A DNA stretch of 64,000 bases from Octopus sinensis (GCF_006345805.1 NC_043003.1:71052001-71116000), one strand, 5' to 3'. Shown: positions 1 through 13,916, counted from the stretch's first letter. Notes: generated from the letters alone by a model not told the origin. Translations and numbers: made by a program.

Positions 1-745
1 AAATTAAAAATACTATAAAAAACATTATTCTAAAAATCAATAAAGTGCATAAACAATAAATATTAAATTGACTATGCGCGTTTCGTGGCTATAACTTCAA
101 ATAGATAATAATAATAAAATCAATTCGATTCAAAATTAAATCGATCTAAAATTAATTCTATTTAAAAAATATAGTCACCTATCAGGTCTAAAATAATAAT
201 AATTATAATAAAAATAATAGAATAAATGTACGTATCTGAACTTATAATAATTAACAAATAAATATAGAAAAATACGGGTTTTAACAATAAATAATCGAAT
301 AAAATTTAACAATATTACTTAAAAATAGTATGAGTAGAATATATAGAGATACAAGAATCATTGGCTATTTGTAAGTTATATAAATACGAACGAATATGAT
401 AAACACTGCCAACATTATAATCTAAAGTGAAAATGAAATTTGCAAACAAGTTTTCACTACAAGAGCTTGTTGAGCAAACTTCACTGGCTGGGTCTCCAAG
501 CTAGTCCTGTCTGCATGTTGCATCTCCAGAGGCAATGGGTCCGCATTAACGGAGATACAACGAAACGCACACAGCTTGAGTTGGTATGCTGAGACCAGCG
601 CACTTCACCTATTCTGTGAAATGGGAGAAGGCAGGGTTGCCTCCCATTATAAAATGTGGTATGGTAAGGTAGATGGTGTGTTTGAATATATCTACCTATA
701 TATATGTATGTGTGTGTACGTGATATATATATATGTGTGTGCATA

Positions 746-817
<72 letters not shown>

Positions 818-819
<2 letters not shown>

Positions 820-1021
820 AGAGTTTACGAAAAAAACAAAAGACGAAGACAGGTGGTGTACAAAACAAACAGATGTATTAGTATACGCTCAGGAATAGAA
901 GAAGTCTTTTACGTTTCGAGCCTACGCTCTTCTACAGAAAGGGACACAGAAAAAACAAGGAGAGAAACAAGGAGAGAAAAAAGGAGATAAAAATGTGTGT
1001 AGTGACTAATGATCTATCATG
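818..1021 (-). mobile_element. Short non-coding element between (TA)n runs carrying a degenerate hammerhead-like fold (906-941)
   Basis: Minus strand reads CTTT-CTGTAGA-A-GAGC-GTAG-GCTC-GAAA-CG-TA-AAAG. It shares TTCCTGAGCGT and the pyrimidine-rich layout with copies at 18079, 18540 and 47500. Confidence 0.6.
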
Positions 1022-1022
1022 T

Positions 1023-1219
1023 GTATATATATATATATATAATATATATATATATATTATATATATATATATTATATATATATATATACACATATATATA
1101 TACATATATATATATACATATATATATATACATACATATATACATACACACATGCATACATACATACATACATACATAATACATACATACATACATACAT
1201 ACATACATACATACATACA

Positions 1220-1251
<32 letters not shown>

Positions 1252-1255
1252 CATG
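1023..1255. repeat. (TA)n/(TACA)n microsatellite
   Basis: Directly visible simple repeats; source of the YI/HTYI-type ORFs. Confidence 0.95.
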
Positions 1256-3799
1256 CAATTGAGACCAAAGTGTTGTGATATGTCTTTCTCTTTTGTTTTT
1301 CAAAAGCCAAATGTGTAACGTTTAGAATGCCTATAAACCTTTCTGACTGTATATGAAATTTATTCTTCCTTTGATTACAACAATACGAGTGGGAATAGAA
1401 TTAAGTATTAACAGTATATTGTTTTTATTTCTGTGCAAAAATATTTTCTCGTCACCTGATCGATTTAATAAATGTGTCATTGAAATAGATACTTTTGCCA
1501 TTGTTTCGCCTTTTGTGTATGGCTATTGTGTTAAATTAATGAAACAAAACTCACAAAAGCACAGATTCTTCAGTTAGTTGACACACACGGTCACATACAT
1601 AAATGCATTGACTAGCTTGATAAAGTATAGTTTGTTCGCTTTTGTCACAAGATCACTTTGTTACTATTTCATAATAAGAACTTTTTAAAAGTAATTTAGC
1701 ATGAAACTAATATTTATCACATTGTACACAACTTTGCATGTATGTTTGTATGCATAGAAAGTGTTTACGTAACAATCTAGTTACTTCCCACGACAAAATT
1801 TGTTTCCAACTAGCTGTCACATGCGTTTCAAATGTTAACACAAAAACTCTTTACTTTCAGTCCAAGAAGAATTACTCTTGAGGGGTCAAAGAAATTTAAC
1901 CAGTCACCAAAAATATATATAAGAATAGAAATTTGACAAAAATATTTGGCACAGAAAAAAAATTCATAGATAATATTAGACTGAATACAGAAGCGATATA
2001 CAGAAAGAATAAGGAGTGATGTTGTATTACGGTGTGTTCTGTAGTAATTCATAAATTCATTGGTGGCCCATTAATTATCGGCAGGTGTGCGAGGGTGTAA
2101 ATTATAAGATTAAATACAGTCAGTGCAAGTACTATACTTAATTAGAGAGAGTTCCTTGATGTAACGATCCCGTCACAAGCTTTTTATGTATGCTCATAAC
2201 ACGCACAGTTGGTCTTTTACAGGTATAGAGTGTGGTAGCATTTACTAAATGCAACAAGCTATTTGCCTTCATATTGTACGACTCTCATCAGGTCAGTGAA
2301 AACATCTGCAGCTAAGTCCAAGTACGCTCTTAGAGATGATGCAGTAATTGAGAATACATACATAAAACAAAATATACATAGATACATACATACATACATA
2401 CATACATACATACATGCATACATACATACATACATGCATACATACATACGTACAAAAATATCCTGTTGATGTTGAAATTCCAATGACGGAGCCTTGGATC
2501 TAGGTTAGAAACCGACTCTTTCTCTATTGGCAAGAAATCTTGAAATAAAACTGAATAATGACATACGTACACATATATACACACATACATGCATATATAA
2601 TATATGAGTGTATATGCATGTATGTGTGTGTGTGTATGTGTGTTTGTGTGTGTGTGTTTGTGTGTGCGTGTGTGTGTTTGTGTGTGTGTGTATACATATA
2701 GTCATTCCTGCCCTGAACGTAAGATCATTGTAAAGTAGATCCTACGCCGGTATAATGCAATCAGTAAAGCAGCAATCTAGACTCGAGCCATTGAATCGTA
2801 ACAAGAACCACACGTAGTTTTACAGAATAAAAACAGGAAACAAATTATTGAGATTTCAGATATTTTATTACGTTTGTTTTAATAATGAATGATTAAATCA
2901 ATTAGTAATAATCTCATCGGAAGACGATACCGAAATAGGAAACCATTATGTTATTCTCTTTATATATGGTAAGCGAATCATGCTTGAACCATGAAAAAGA
3001 AAGAAACTAGTGACACAAGTAATAAATACATAATCAAACTATGGCTTAAGGGGTACCTAGTCAATACCCATGGGAATAGATAGAATGGAAATGAGATAAA
3101 GCAAGATGAAACGAGGGATCTATTCTGTCTGGCTGTCAATTTTCAATCTCTTCAATTCCTATTTGATTGATTTCATATTCGATGTAATGATAGGATTTTA
3201 TATGCTAATCACTGCTATGGAATTCATTTTCGCAATAAATAAAGTTATTATTAAATAAATAAATAAATATAGTTATTAGCTTTTAAAGTTTGAAAATTTT
3301 GGGCAATTTTAGCCATTCGTAAGCCACAGGCACATTCATGCCTGTTCTCATAGTAACAAGCCAAATATAAGAACTCTTTTGTCAACGAGATAGCATGTGT
3401 TGACAAATATGTTCTACGCGAAAGCTGTATTTTGCTGTTTGTGCTCATCAGCTTCCGAGAGATGTTCTAAAAAAAAGCAACCAAATAGGCATTAAATCAC
3501 GTACCTCTCATTTTGTTTTCCTTTTTGGTTATTGCATAATTGTATGAATTCCCAAGTGCAGAATAGAAATTCGCAAAAATTTTCTAAAAATTCAAAGAAT
3601 AAAAATGTTATGTGGGTATATATGTCGTACGTAGAGCAGAAGTGGATTTATTTACAGTTTCATATTAAAACACGTCACCCACAAAATGAAAGCTTCCAAA
3701 TCCTTCTTTCTTAGGTACTGGTATTATACAATCATCTCTCCAGCTATCTATTGCTCTATTGTAAACTTCTATATATTGCTGAATTCTAGTATTCAGACT

Positions 3800-4075
3800 T
3801 GTGCTCGAATGCCATCAAACCGCAGGCTTAACTATCCAGAGTTGATTTAAGGGCATCTTTTAGAACCATTCTTTATGCCGAATTCTATAGTATAAACAAC
3901 CTTCTCGTGGTAAACAGAGAAGAGGTAGCCGAGCAAAAACTTATTTCAACCGATTGCTAGAAGACACTGGATGCACTGTCCAAGAGCCTAAAAATGCTAT
4001 GGATAACAAAGCGGACCAGCAGACTCGTGTCACGAATACTGAAATGTTGTCAAACCACTACTTACTAACTGATTG
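3800..4075 (+). mobile_element. RTE-clade LINE 3' end fragment
   Basis: One frame reads PSRGKQRRGSRAKTYFNRLLEDTGCTVQEPKNAMDNK, like the RTE ORF C-terminus (RG.R..TY..L..DTG....EL..AM.DR). Stops are present upstream. Confidence 0.7.
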
Positions 4076-4083
4076 ACTAACCA

Positions 4084-4221
<138 letters not shown>

Positions 4222-4282
4222 AAAGCTCTACCTTGTAATTTGTTCTATCTGTGTGCAGCCCTGTGTGGCTAATAAAGAAACA

Positions 4283-4327
<45 letters not shown>

Positions 4328-4981
4328 GCCTGCCTGCCTGCCTGTCTGTCTTTATGTGTGCGTGTATATATATGCAAGAGTGCATGTGTGTATGTGTGTT
4401 TAGTTTACATATATTTTCTATCCATCATCTTTGACAACGAGAGTTTATTTAATGTTTTATTCGATGTGAACTTGTGATCACTTTATACTCGCTAATTGAG
4501 GCAAAATGATATTGTTTTGCCTTTATTCTAATTATCTTGTATACATGGGAGTCATTTTAAGTGCCTAGCAGTCTCTTATCCACTAACAGTGGCGAATGGA
4601 AACTATTCATTACAATAAATGTCATATTTAAATATCTCATTTGGAAAGTGCGTTGATTGGTTGAATATTAAATTAGATCCATTCTTTCAATTAATGTGTT
4701 TGCAAATGCCTCCTACTAAGATATCTTTCAGCCGATAAGTGCGTTGATTGGCTAAATATTGAATTTATTCTATCCCTTCAAGTTGTTTGTTGTAAACGCA
4801 TTCATAAAATTTTCTTGGGATGTTGTGACAAATTTCTCGTAGACAGAATTGTGTTTTGATTCTTCAAACATGTCTGACGAAGTAATCTAGCGGTTTTGTT
4901 CTACTATATAACATATTAAACAAACAACCATTCTCATGGCAGCGCACATCACGTAATTGAAAATTCGACGTAATTTTAATT

Positions 4982-5062
<81 letters not shown>

Positions 5063-5716
5063 GCCTGCCTGCCTGCCTGTCTGTCTTTATGTGTGCGTGT
5101 ATATATATGCAAGAGTGCATGTGTGTATGTGTGTTTAGTTTACATATATTTTCTATCCATCATCTTTGACAACGAGAGTTTATTTAATGTTTTATTCGAT
5201 GTGAACTTGTGATCACTTTATACTCGCTAATTGAGGCAAAATGATATTGTTTTGCCTTTATTCTAATTATCTTGTATACATGGGAGTCATTTTAAGTGCC
5301 TAGCAGTCTCTTATCCACTAACAGTGGCGAATGGAAACTATTCATTACAATAAATGTCATATTTAAATATCTCATTTGGAAAGTGCGTTGATTGGTTGAA
5401 TATTAAATTAGATCCATTCTTTCAATTAATGTGTTTGCAAATGCCTCCTACTAAGATATCTTTCAGCCGATAAGTGCGTTGATTGGCTAAATATTGAATT
5501 TATTCTATCCCTTCAAGTTGTTTGTTGTAAACGCATTCATAAAATTTTCTTGGGATGTTGTGACAAATTTCTCGTAGACAGAATTGTGTTTTGATTCTTC
5601 AAACATGTCTGACGAAGTAATCTAGCGGTTTTGTTCTACTATATAACATATTAAACAAACAACCATTCTCATGGCAGCGCACATCACGTAATTGAAAATT
5701 CGGCGTAATTTTAATT

Positions 5717-5717
<1 letters not shown>
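4328..5717. repeat. Tandem duplication of a 655-bp unit (4328-4982 and 5063-5717) bounded by (ATCT)n
   Basis: Copies are offset by 735 bp. The only difference I noticed is TTCGACG vs TTCGGCG near the unit end. Confidence 0.93.
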
Positions 5718-5809
<92 letters not shown>

Positions 5810-6099
5810 ATACATATATAATGCACTGATCGGAGATAGAAAATTCAACAAGAAAAGTAGTCCATCTGTTGAGAGATAAATATTATTTATTTAAAAGTCA
5901 CAATACATGTATTAAAGCGCTACTAATAGTTTCATATGTTGAGAAATACTCAAGCATGTTCTTCAGACGCAAACCACATATAATAAAATAAATTGAATAA
6001 TAGAAGAAACGCGAAAAAACTGGGAAGGCAGCATATAGAAAATATATACTTGTTATTACACTTCTAATCATCCAAATATGAAACATTTTGTTGCACAAT

Positions 6100-6534
6100 A
6101 TGTCTTTAACTTGAAAATAACCAGAACTGAGGTGGTTTCAAGAATTCATCAAGGTATCTTTTTACGTCATCCAAGAAATTGAAGTTTTTACCATTAAGAC
6201 TATTCTGCAGAGACCTGAATAAATGGAAATCCGAAGGAGCAATATCTGGTGAATATGAAGGGTGGTGTAACACAGCCCAGCCGAGCTGCAGCAATTTTTG
6301 TCTGGTTCCCAAAGCATCAAGTGCCGAAAATGAACTTTCTTATCTTCCATTTGAAAGGGTTACAGAATTAACACAGGTTATAGGAACATAAACCTCCTTC
6401 CACGAAAAGATAGGTTAAACTATGCTAAAAATGGAGGTGTAATCAAATCCTATTTTATGGACTCAACCGTGTTCTAAAATAAGTCGAAAGGCAAGCTACT
6501 ATAAATCGGCACGAACTTTCCGGACAACCCAATA
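6100..6534 (-). mobile_element. Mariner transposon relic (internally deleted)
   Basis: ORF 6106-6312 has HHPSYSPDIAPSDFHLFRSLQNSLNGKNF (mariner YSPDLAPSD motif). A TIR-like TATTGGGTTGTCCGGAAAGTTCGTGCCGATTT lies at 6503-6534. Confidence 0.88.
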
Positions 6535-6544
6535 AAAGGTAAAA

Positions 6545-7235
6545 AGCTACCCCCTTAGACCTTAAATAATAAGGCTAGAAAGATAACAAGTAAGTCAGGA
6601 ATTGGTGGAATTTTTCAGTTCTTCAAAATATATTGATACAACCACTGAAAATTTCTGACTTGGAGTTCTATAGAGAGTTAGGGATCTTAGATCTGAACAG
6701 GATCTGCGCTCTTTCAGCCAAACGAAGTCTACATTTATTCCGTTTAATCACATGCGGTGTTTCGTTATCTTTCAAAGTCCATACATAGCTAGACAACTTA
6801 AAAGCTTTACTTTTGTTCCTGTGTCGGAAGAAGGCTATGTGATTGGCATCCTGGGTCACGACAGTTGCAACTGGATTCAAGTTTTTTGGTATTAACCATG
6901 TGTAATGATATTCTTCACATTGGGACAGCAGCTATATAATAATTTCACAGAAGGCCTATTAGATATTTTTCTGTATCGGTGAGTGGCTGGAAATTGTTTG
7001 TCTAGGAGTGACAGGAATCTTTTACTAATGTTAGTTTTCATTTTAAGGGAAAAGGAAAAGGAGACGTCTGTAATCTTGTAATCCCTAACTCTCTATTGAA
7101 CTCCAGGTCAGAGATTTTCAGTGGTTGCACGCATATGTTTAAATATATTTTGAATAATTAAAAAATTCCGCCTATTCCTGACTGACTTGATAGTTTTCCA
7201 GCCTTATCACTTAAGGTCTAAGGAGGATAGGTCTT
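6545..7235. mobile_element. Penelope-like element relic: two inverted copies of the GIY-YIG C-terminus/3' UTR
   Basis: Minus strand: FRHRNKSKAFKLSSYVWTLKDNETPH...RLRLAER..IPNSL. Plus strand ~7070-7145: CNLVIPNSLLNSRSEIFSGCTHMFKY. Segments ~6550-6690 and ~7080-7225 are reverse complements. Confidence 0.75.
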
Positions 7236-7584
7236 TTAGCATTTGCTTTTCATTTTTGACATTTTAGTTTCTTTTTCTTGTTTTCCCTTTGTCGTTTTCT
7301 CTTGTTTACTGTCTGCGTTTTCTATATGCTGCCTTCTAAATTTTTTCGTGTTTCTTCTATTATCCATTTTCTTTAGTTCGTTATGATATGTGATTTGCGC
7401 CTGAAGAATATCTTTGAGTTTTCTCAACATATGAAAGTATTAGTAGCGCTTGTATTGTGACCTTTAAATAAATAAATAATATATATATACATACATACAT
7501 AAATACATGCATACACGTATATATAAAGCTGTCACACTCTTTTCAAAACTCCGAGTAGGGTATTTACATAAAATATCGAACAAC

Positions 7585-8810
7585 AGGGAATGTTTTTAAT
7601 CTGACCAGACCGAAATTCAAAACAAAGGTTTTTATTTCACTCATTAGGAAACTCTTATACGCTGATGACTGCGATTTAGTCAGTCCTGAAACGGGCCTGC
7701 AATCTCTTGTATCTGCATTTGACACAGCTTATGATGATTTTGGCTTGACCATCAACTTAAAAGAAACAAAAACAGTCGTAATGCTTCAACCTGCCCGTGG
7801 TGTTGTTTGCAGCCTCTCTAAAAATTTTCGCTAAGGGTAATTTACGTGAGGTCATTGATTCTTTCATTTACCTTGGAAGCTCCGTACAAAATGATGGAAA
7901 TTTGAACATAGAAATACATCTGCGAATTCAAAGGGCAACACATGCATTTAGTAGTTTGTAGTCACGCATTTGGTACCAACGACATATAAATAACAACACA
8001 AAATGGCTCTTTACAAATCGTTGTATGGACGTGGTATGAAAGACATTTCAAATTGCTAGAATGATTCCACCAATAATGCCTTCGCCGTATTTTAAACATA
8101 AAATTGCTTTTTTTTTTTACTCCAGACACAGATGTCTTTGCCTCTGCAGGTATTACTTAAATTAAATCAGTGATTCTGAAAAATCAAACGAGATGATCTG
8201 GCCATATTGTTCGAATGGTGGATGAAAGCTGACCCAAACAGCTGTTTATTGGCGAGCTAGGTTTAAGGAAAGCATAAGGAATACTATGAAGTCACTTAGA
8301 ATGGATCCAAAGGCAAGAGAGGCCCTTGCTTCGGATCAAGCTGGATAGCGAACAAAAGTGTGGAGTAGAGTGAAATCGTTTGAGGAGGCCAGAGTAATAC
8401 ATGCAAGACTCAAGAGAGATGTAAAGGAGAATGCTGCGATCGAGAAAGTGAATCACGATGACCTTTGTGTGTGCAGTTTGTGACAGACCATGCCTTTCTT
8501 TTGCCTGGCTCAAATCTCATTTGAAGATCCATGAAAACGAACCTCCACCAACTATTCTGCCTATATATCTATGCACGCCTTTGAATGCTGTGTATGCCAT
8601 AAAGTCACCAAATCTAACGGAGGCCTCAAAAGACATTTTAAGATACAAAAAGATCAGACTTTAACTGCAACGTTTGGTGGTTCAAATCGGTTATGCAATC
8701 TATGTGGGTGTCTGGCTTAGCTTGCAAGATTGTACTTACTATACGTCATTCTGTCTGACCTAACATAGCTGCAAGATCGTTATGTGACCCATTATGATAT
8801 TATTATTCAG
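7585..8810 (+). mobile_element. RTE/BovB-like LINE, 5'-truncated and degenerate
   Basis: GNVFNLTRPKFKTKVFISLIRKLLYADDCDLV...FGLTINLKETK (YADD RT motif). C-terminal FVCAVCDRPCLSFAWLKSHLKIH zinc finger; ATT-repeat tail near 8800. Confidence 0.87.
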
Positions 8811-9182
8811 CCACATACAATTTTTTCTCACTTCAGAGCTATTTTTAGCTTCCATTCTAAAATGTCACGTAAAGAAATAAGAAACACAAACTAACAAAGA
8901 AACAATATTCTTTATCTTTTTTTCCCATGTTTAAGATTTTACACTTCAGCTCTTTAAACATATTTTTTCACGCATGTACACAAGCAGTTGTCACGTGCAT
9001 TCATATATATGTTGCAGGTATTGTTCAACATCAGGTCAGTTCTGAAACACCAAACATATCATCAAAGTGGTTCCGACCATACCCCTCCCGCCTCTTCTTC
9101 AGACACTGTCTGCCTAGGACTGGATGTGAGCAAATATAAAGATGAGCGCAGATATGATATTGTTTACATTCTCCATATACAG

Positions 9183-9240
<58 letters not shown>

Positions 9241-9765
9241 CCTCAGTTAGAGGCAAATAAGAGCAAATCCCTAATTGGCGGATGTGATCTTTCATCCGGG
9301 TTGTTGAAATATCTGTGGTTTAACCATCTGGTCTACGTTTATGTTGTGGCTAAATATTAAACATTTTGTTATAAGTATAAAATCTTAAAGTCGCTTTTAA
9401 GGTTAAACAGTAATTCCGTTTTCGTTTGTGTAAATGATATATTTTGGTTGGATTATAAAGTTATTGGTGTTACATTACTTTCTATATTCTGTAACTGTCA
9501 CAATATACTTTTCTAGGCCTGAATTTTTTGTGGGGAGGGACAGTTGAGTAGATCGACCCCAGTACACAACTGATACTTAATTTATCGACTCCGAATAGGC
9601 GAAAGGCAAGGTGTTATGCCATTTAAAAACACACAAAAGCTGTTAGATTCACTTCAACATTTAAATTTAATTTGCCAAAATATTTTCGTCACTTTGTAAC
9701 GGCAACCTGATCACTGACAAAATTCCGTGCTGCATCTGAGAAAGTAACAGTTAGTTCATGATATG

Positions 9766-9778
9766 TATGTACGTATGT

Positions 9779-9809
<31 letters not shown>

Positions 9810-10050
9810 CATGTATGTATGCATGTATGTATGTATGTATGTATGTATGCATGCATGTATGTATGCATGTATGTATGTATGTATGTATGCATGTATGCAT
9901 GTATGTATGTATGTATGCATGTATGTATGTATGTATGTATGTATGTATGTATGTATGTATGTATGTATGTATGTATGTATGTATGTATGTATGTATGTAT
10001 GTATGTATGTATGTATGTGTACATACTTACATACGTACATAGATACATAC
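9766..10050. repeat. (GT)n/(GTAT)n microsatellite
   Basis: Directly visible; source of the MYVC/HTYI ORFs. Confidence 0.96.
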
Positions 10051-11230
10051 AGACTCGTTTGAAAATTAAGTTATTCAGAGTCGCAATTCAGTTGTTAAAT
10101 AAGCAGTAAAAGCTTATATTAGTTATATGAGTGAACTTTCTTTTTAGTACATATAATAATATCCACACCTATATAGCAAATATTCTCAAGACGTTAATTA
10201 TCCGAGAAAAGGTTTGGTCACATAGACTGTTACTATTCTGTCTTTTTTTTTGTTCTCCACCAAGCATGTTTGTATAAGTTCATGTAGGACATGTACACAC
10301 ACACACACACACACACACACGTGTGTGTGTGTGTGTCTACATCACATTTCTTAGCATCTAAATTCCTTACTGCCAATGTAATCCGCGTATTTTAATTTTA
10401 GTGGTGCTACAACGCAGACAGAAAAGGAAGAAAGCTATTAATCCAAAATCAAATTACATTCAAACATGGAACTGAAGCTGGATGCTGAAATTTAGTATCG
10501 AGCTATAAACGTCAGTTCTGTTTGCTGTACTTTTACGTTTAATTTACCAACATGACCTCTTTTCTATATTACTGAATGTTTTTTGGCGACAAACACCAGA
10601 CAGCGATATTTCGAGCTCATAAAATCTCGAGCGGAACATTTTAAATTAAATATGAATAGTCGGAGAAACAATTAGTTACGTTGTTTCCAGTTTGTAATTT
10701 TAAAACGATTTCCACCTAACTTGGGTAACTATAATGAACGCCACGTAGATTTTCTTGTCCACTCACCAACATGATTCGAGACCACTTGAATATAATGTGC
10801 CGAGTTCAAGTTGACAACTTCGACATTAATTGAAAATAACGAAAAATTTATGGACAACAATGACTGAGTGCTTGCATTTGTGCATATGGTTAAAATTTTG
10901 TCGACAATCTCATAATCTGGAATGTTGTGACGTGGGACCTACTTTTTGTTTTCTTTACTTATTCCCTTCTATATTAACGTAGAGAGAGAGATAGAGTGAG
11001 TGAACTGGGGGTGCGTCGAGAGAACAAGATTATGCGTGTATGCGTGCGTGCTAGTAGAGCTTTTTCGATAAGAAATATTTCAGAATGCTATTATTTAGTG
11101 ATATGGATGTAGTAAGAGAAGGTGATATGAGAAAGTTGTCTAGCGGTTGAAAGGGGTACAGTGGAAAAATGATACCATCTATGAAGAAATATTACGAACA
11201 TAAAACTATATATACATTTATATATACTAC

Positions 11231-11577
11231 GGCACTCCGTCGGTTGCGACGACGATGGTTCCAGTTGATCCAATTAACGGAGCAGCCTGCTCGTGAAATT
11301 AACGTGCAAGTGACTCAGCTCTCCACTTACACGTGTACCTTTAACGTGGTTCTCGGTGGGGGGGGAGATTCAGCGTGACACAGAGTGTGACAAGACTGGC
11401 CCTTTGAAATACAGATGCAACAGAAACAAGAAAGAGTACAGCAGAGTTGCCCCCCCCCCACGGAGCCTCGTGGAGCTTTAGCTCAATAAACACACACAAC
11501 GCCCGGTCTGGGAATCGAAACCGCCATCCTATGACTGCAAGTCCGCTGTCCTAACCACTGGGCCATTGCACCTCCAT
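11231..11577 (-). mobile_element. tRNA-derived SINE
   Basis: Minus-strand head GGAGGTGCAATGGCCCAGTGGTTAGG...GGTTTCGATTCCC has A/B boxes; the tail ends CGCAACCGACGGAGTGCC. Confidence 0.8.
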
Positions 11578-11604
11578 ATAACATTATTATTATTATTATT
11601 ATTA

Positions 11605-11650
<46 letters not shown>

Positions 11651-12118
11651 TCCTTCTTTCTTCAAATTTTCTTCCGTTTCTCGCCGAGTGTTTTCCATAC
11701 ACCTAGGGCAGAGAAGGGCATTGTATGCATTCCCAGATTACACGCGCAAATTCACAGATAAAATATGTATTTAAAAATTAATAAATAAATAATTCATGGA
11801 TGGATATATTTCACAGCGATAGTGCTCTTCTCAGTACATGAGCCATTCCAGTTAATACGATTTTTTGCACTTCCTGTAGGGATGGTTAGCCTGAATCATT
11901 TTCAAATAGGCTTCAGTACCTTTTTTTATCATTCCTAGAGATCCTACAATCACTGGTACTGTAGTTGCCTTGAGATGCCACATTTTTTTCAATTTCTAGT
12001 AGCAGGTCTTTATATTTACTAATCTTGTCAAATTCTTTCGCCGCTATATTGATCACAGGGATACTCATGTCTATTAATAACACTTCCTTTTTGCCTATTA
12101 ATAGACATGATTAATAAA

Positions 12119-12149
<31 letters not shown>

Positions 12150-12626
12150 TCCTTCTTTCTTCAAATTTTCTTCCGTTTCTCGCCGAGTGTTTTCCATACA
12201 CCTAGGGCAGAGAAGGGCATTGTATGCATTCCCAGATTACACGCGCAAATTCACAGATAAAATATGTATTTAAAAATTAATAAATAAATAAATTCATGGA
12301 TGGATATTATTTTCACAGCGATAGTGCTCTTCTCAGTACATGAGCCGTTCCAGTTAATACGATTTTTTGCACTTCCTGTAGGGATGGTTAGCCTGGAATC
12401 ATTTTCAAATAGGCTTCAGTACCTTTTTTTATCATTCCTAGAGATCCTACAATCACTGGTACTGTAGTTGCCTTGAGATGCCACATTTTTTTCAATTTCT
12501 AGTAGCAGGTCTTTATATTTACTAATCTTGTCAAATTCTTTCGCCGCTATATTGTGATCACAGGGATACTCATGTCTATTAATAAACACTTCCTTTTTGC
12601 CTATTAATAGACATGATTAATAAATA
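11651..12626. repeat. Tandem duplication of a ~470-bp unit bounded by (ATT)n
   Basis: Copies 11651-12120 and 12150-12626 differ mainly by 1-2-nt indels. Confidence 0.92.
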
Positions 12627-13134
12627 TTATTATTATTATTATTATTATATTATTATATTATTATTATTATTATACATTAACATCAGGTCACACATTTTGG
12701 ATTGGAGTGAAATCAAGTGTGTTATCGATTGGACATCTCAGAATATAAGCATAATAATATTGATTTCAATATCTGGCAGGCTTATTCTTGATTGAATCAA
12801 ACCCAATAAATACTACATTCATTTTCACCGATGGTCTAAGAACTCTTCCTATTTGCCATCTGAAAGAAGTTTGTGCAATATTTTTAAAAATATAATCTGA
12901 ACGGCAACTGAGTATTTTAGCAAAAGTGTATGAACGTTCTGCATGGTTCAAAGATAGCTGGGTTTCTTGTTCAATTCTTTTGCTTTTGTCCTAAATAGTA
13001 CCGAATTCTCCCTTAATGACTGCATGAATGATGTTAAAGATATTTGTTTTCGTAAAAGAAACTTACATGAGGTCATTCCCACATAGGCTTTAGAGTTGCT
13101 TTTACTGATTTACCCTACGCTGATGGACTATACC

Positions 13135-13916
13135 TATTTCTTTACTACCCACAAGGGGCTAAACACAGAGAGGACAAACAAGGACAGACACACGGATTAA
13201 GTCGATTACATCGACCCAGTGCGAAACTGGTACTTAATTTATCGACCACGAAAGGATGAAAGGGAAAGTTGACCTCGGCGGAATTTGAACTCAGAATGCA
13301 GCGGCGGGCGAAATACCTATTTCTTTACTACCCACAAGGGGCTAAACACAGAGAGGACAAACAAGGACAGACAGGCGCATTAAGTCGATTATATTGACCC
13401 CAGTGCATAACTGGTACTTATTTAATCGACCCCGAAAGGATGAAAGGCAAAGTCGACCCCGGCGGAATTCGAACTCAGAACGCAGCGGCAGACGAAATAC
13501 CTATTTCTTAATTACCTCAAGGGGCTAAACACAGAGGGGACAAACAAGGACAGACATAGGTATTAAGTCGATTACATCGACCCCAGTGCGTAACTGGTAC
13601 TTAATTTATCGACCCCGAAAAAATGAAAGGCAAAGTCGACCTCGGCGGAATTTGAACTCACAACGTAACGCAGACGAAATACCTATTTCTTTATTACCCA
13701 CAAGGGGCTAAACATAGAGGGGACAAACAAGGACAGACATAGGTATTAAGTCGATTATATCGACCCCAGTGCGTAACTGGTACTTAATTTATCGACCCCG
13801 AAAGGATGAAAGGCAAAGTCGACCCCGGCGGAATTTGAACTCAGAACGTAGCGGCAGACGAAGTACCGTTAAGCATTTCGCCCGGCGTGCTAACGATTCT
13901 GCCAGTTCGCCGCCTT
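13135..13916 (-). mobile_element. Tetrameric Octopus-type tRNA-derived SINE (one head plus four ~183-bp bodies) with a 15-bp TSD
   Basis: The body GTTCTGAGTTCAAATTCCGCCGAGGTCGACTTTGCCTTTCATCC...AAAGAAATA is repeated four times. CTGATGGACTATACC flanks it at 13120-13134 and 13917-13931. Confidence 0.92.

Noticed and set aside
463-663. GC-richer island with a possible acceptor (CTACAAG) and donor (ATG|GTAAGG)
   Set aside because: All three frames are closed or unrecognisable. It could be a non-coding exon, but there is no evidence.
704-1310. Many ORFs rich in YI, MYVC or HTYI (also at 9.7, 27, 34, 49.5-50.1 and 62.8 kb)
   Set aside because: They are translations of TA, GTAT and CA microsatellites, not proteins.
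2259-2345. Protein-like minus-strand peptide (RAYLDLAADVFTDLMRVV) containing CTGATGA
   Set aside because: No homology or splice support, and no GAAA or helices for a hammerhead.
9018-9125. 108-nt open phase-0 candidate exon (VLFNIRSVLKHQ...)
   Set aside because: Weak polypyrimidine tract and no recognisable homology. The downstream gene has an in-frame stop before its ATG.
13135-13916. Regularly spaced repeats resembling a CRISPR array
   Set aside because: These are ~183-bp SINE bodies without unique spacers, with no cas genes, in a eukaryotic context.
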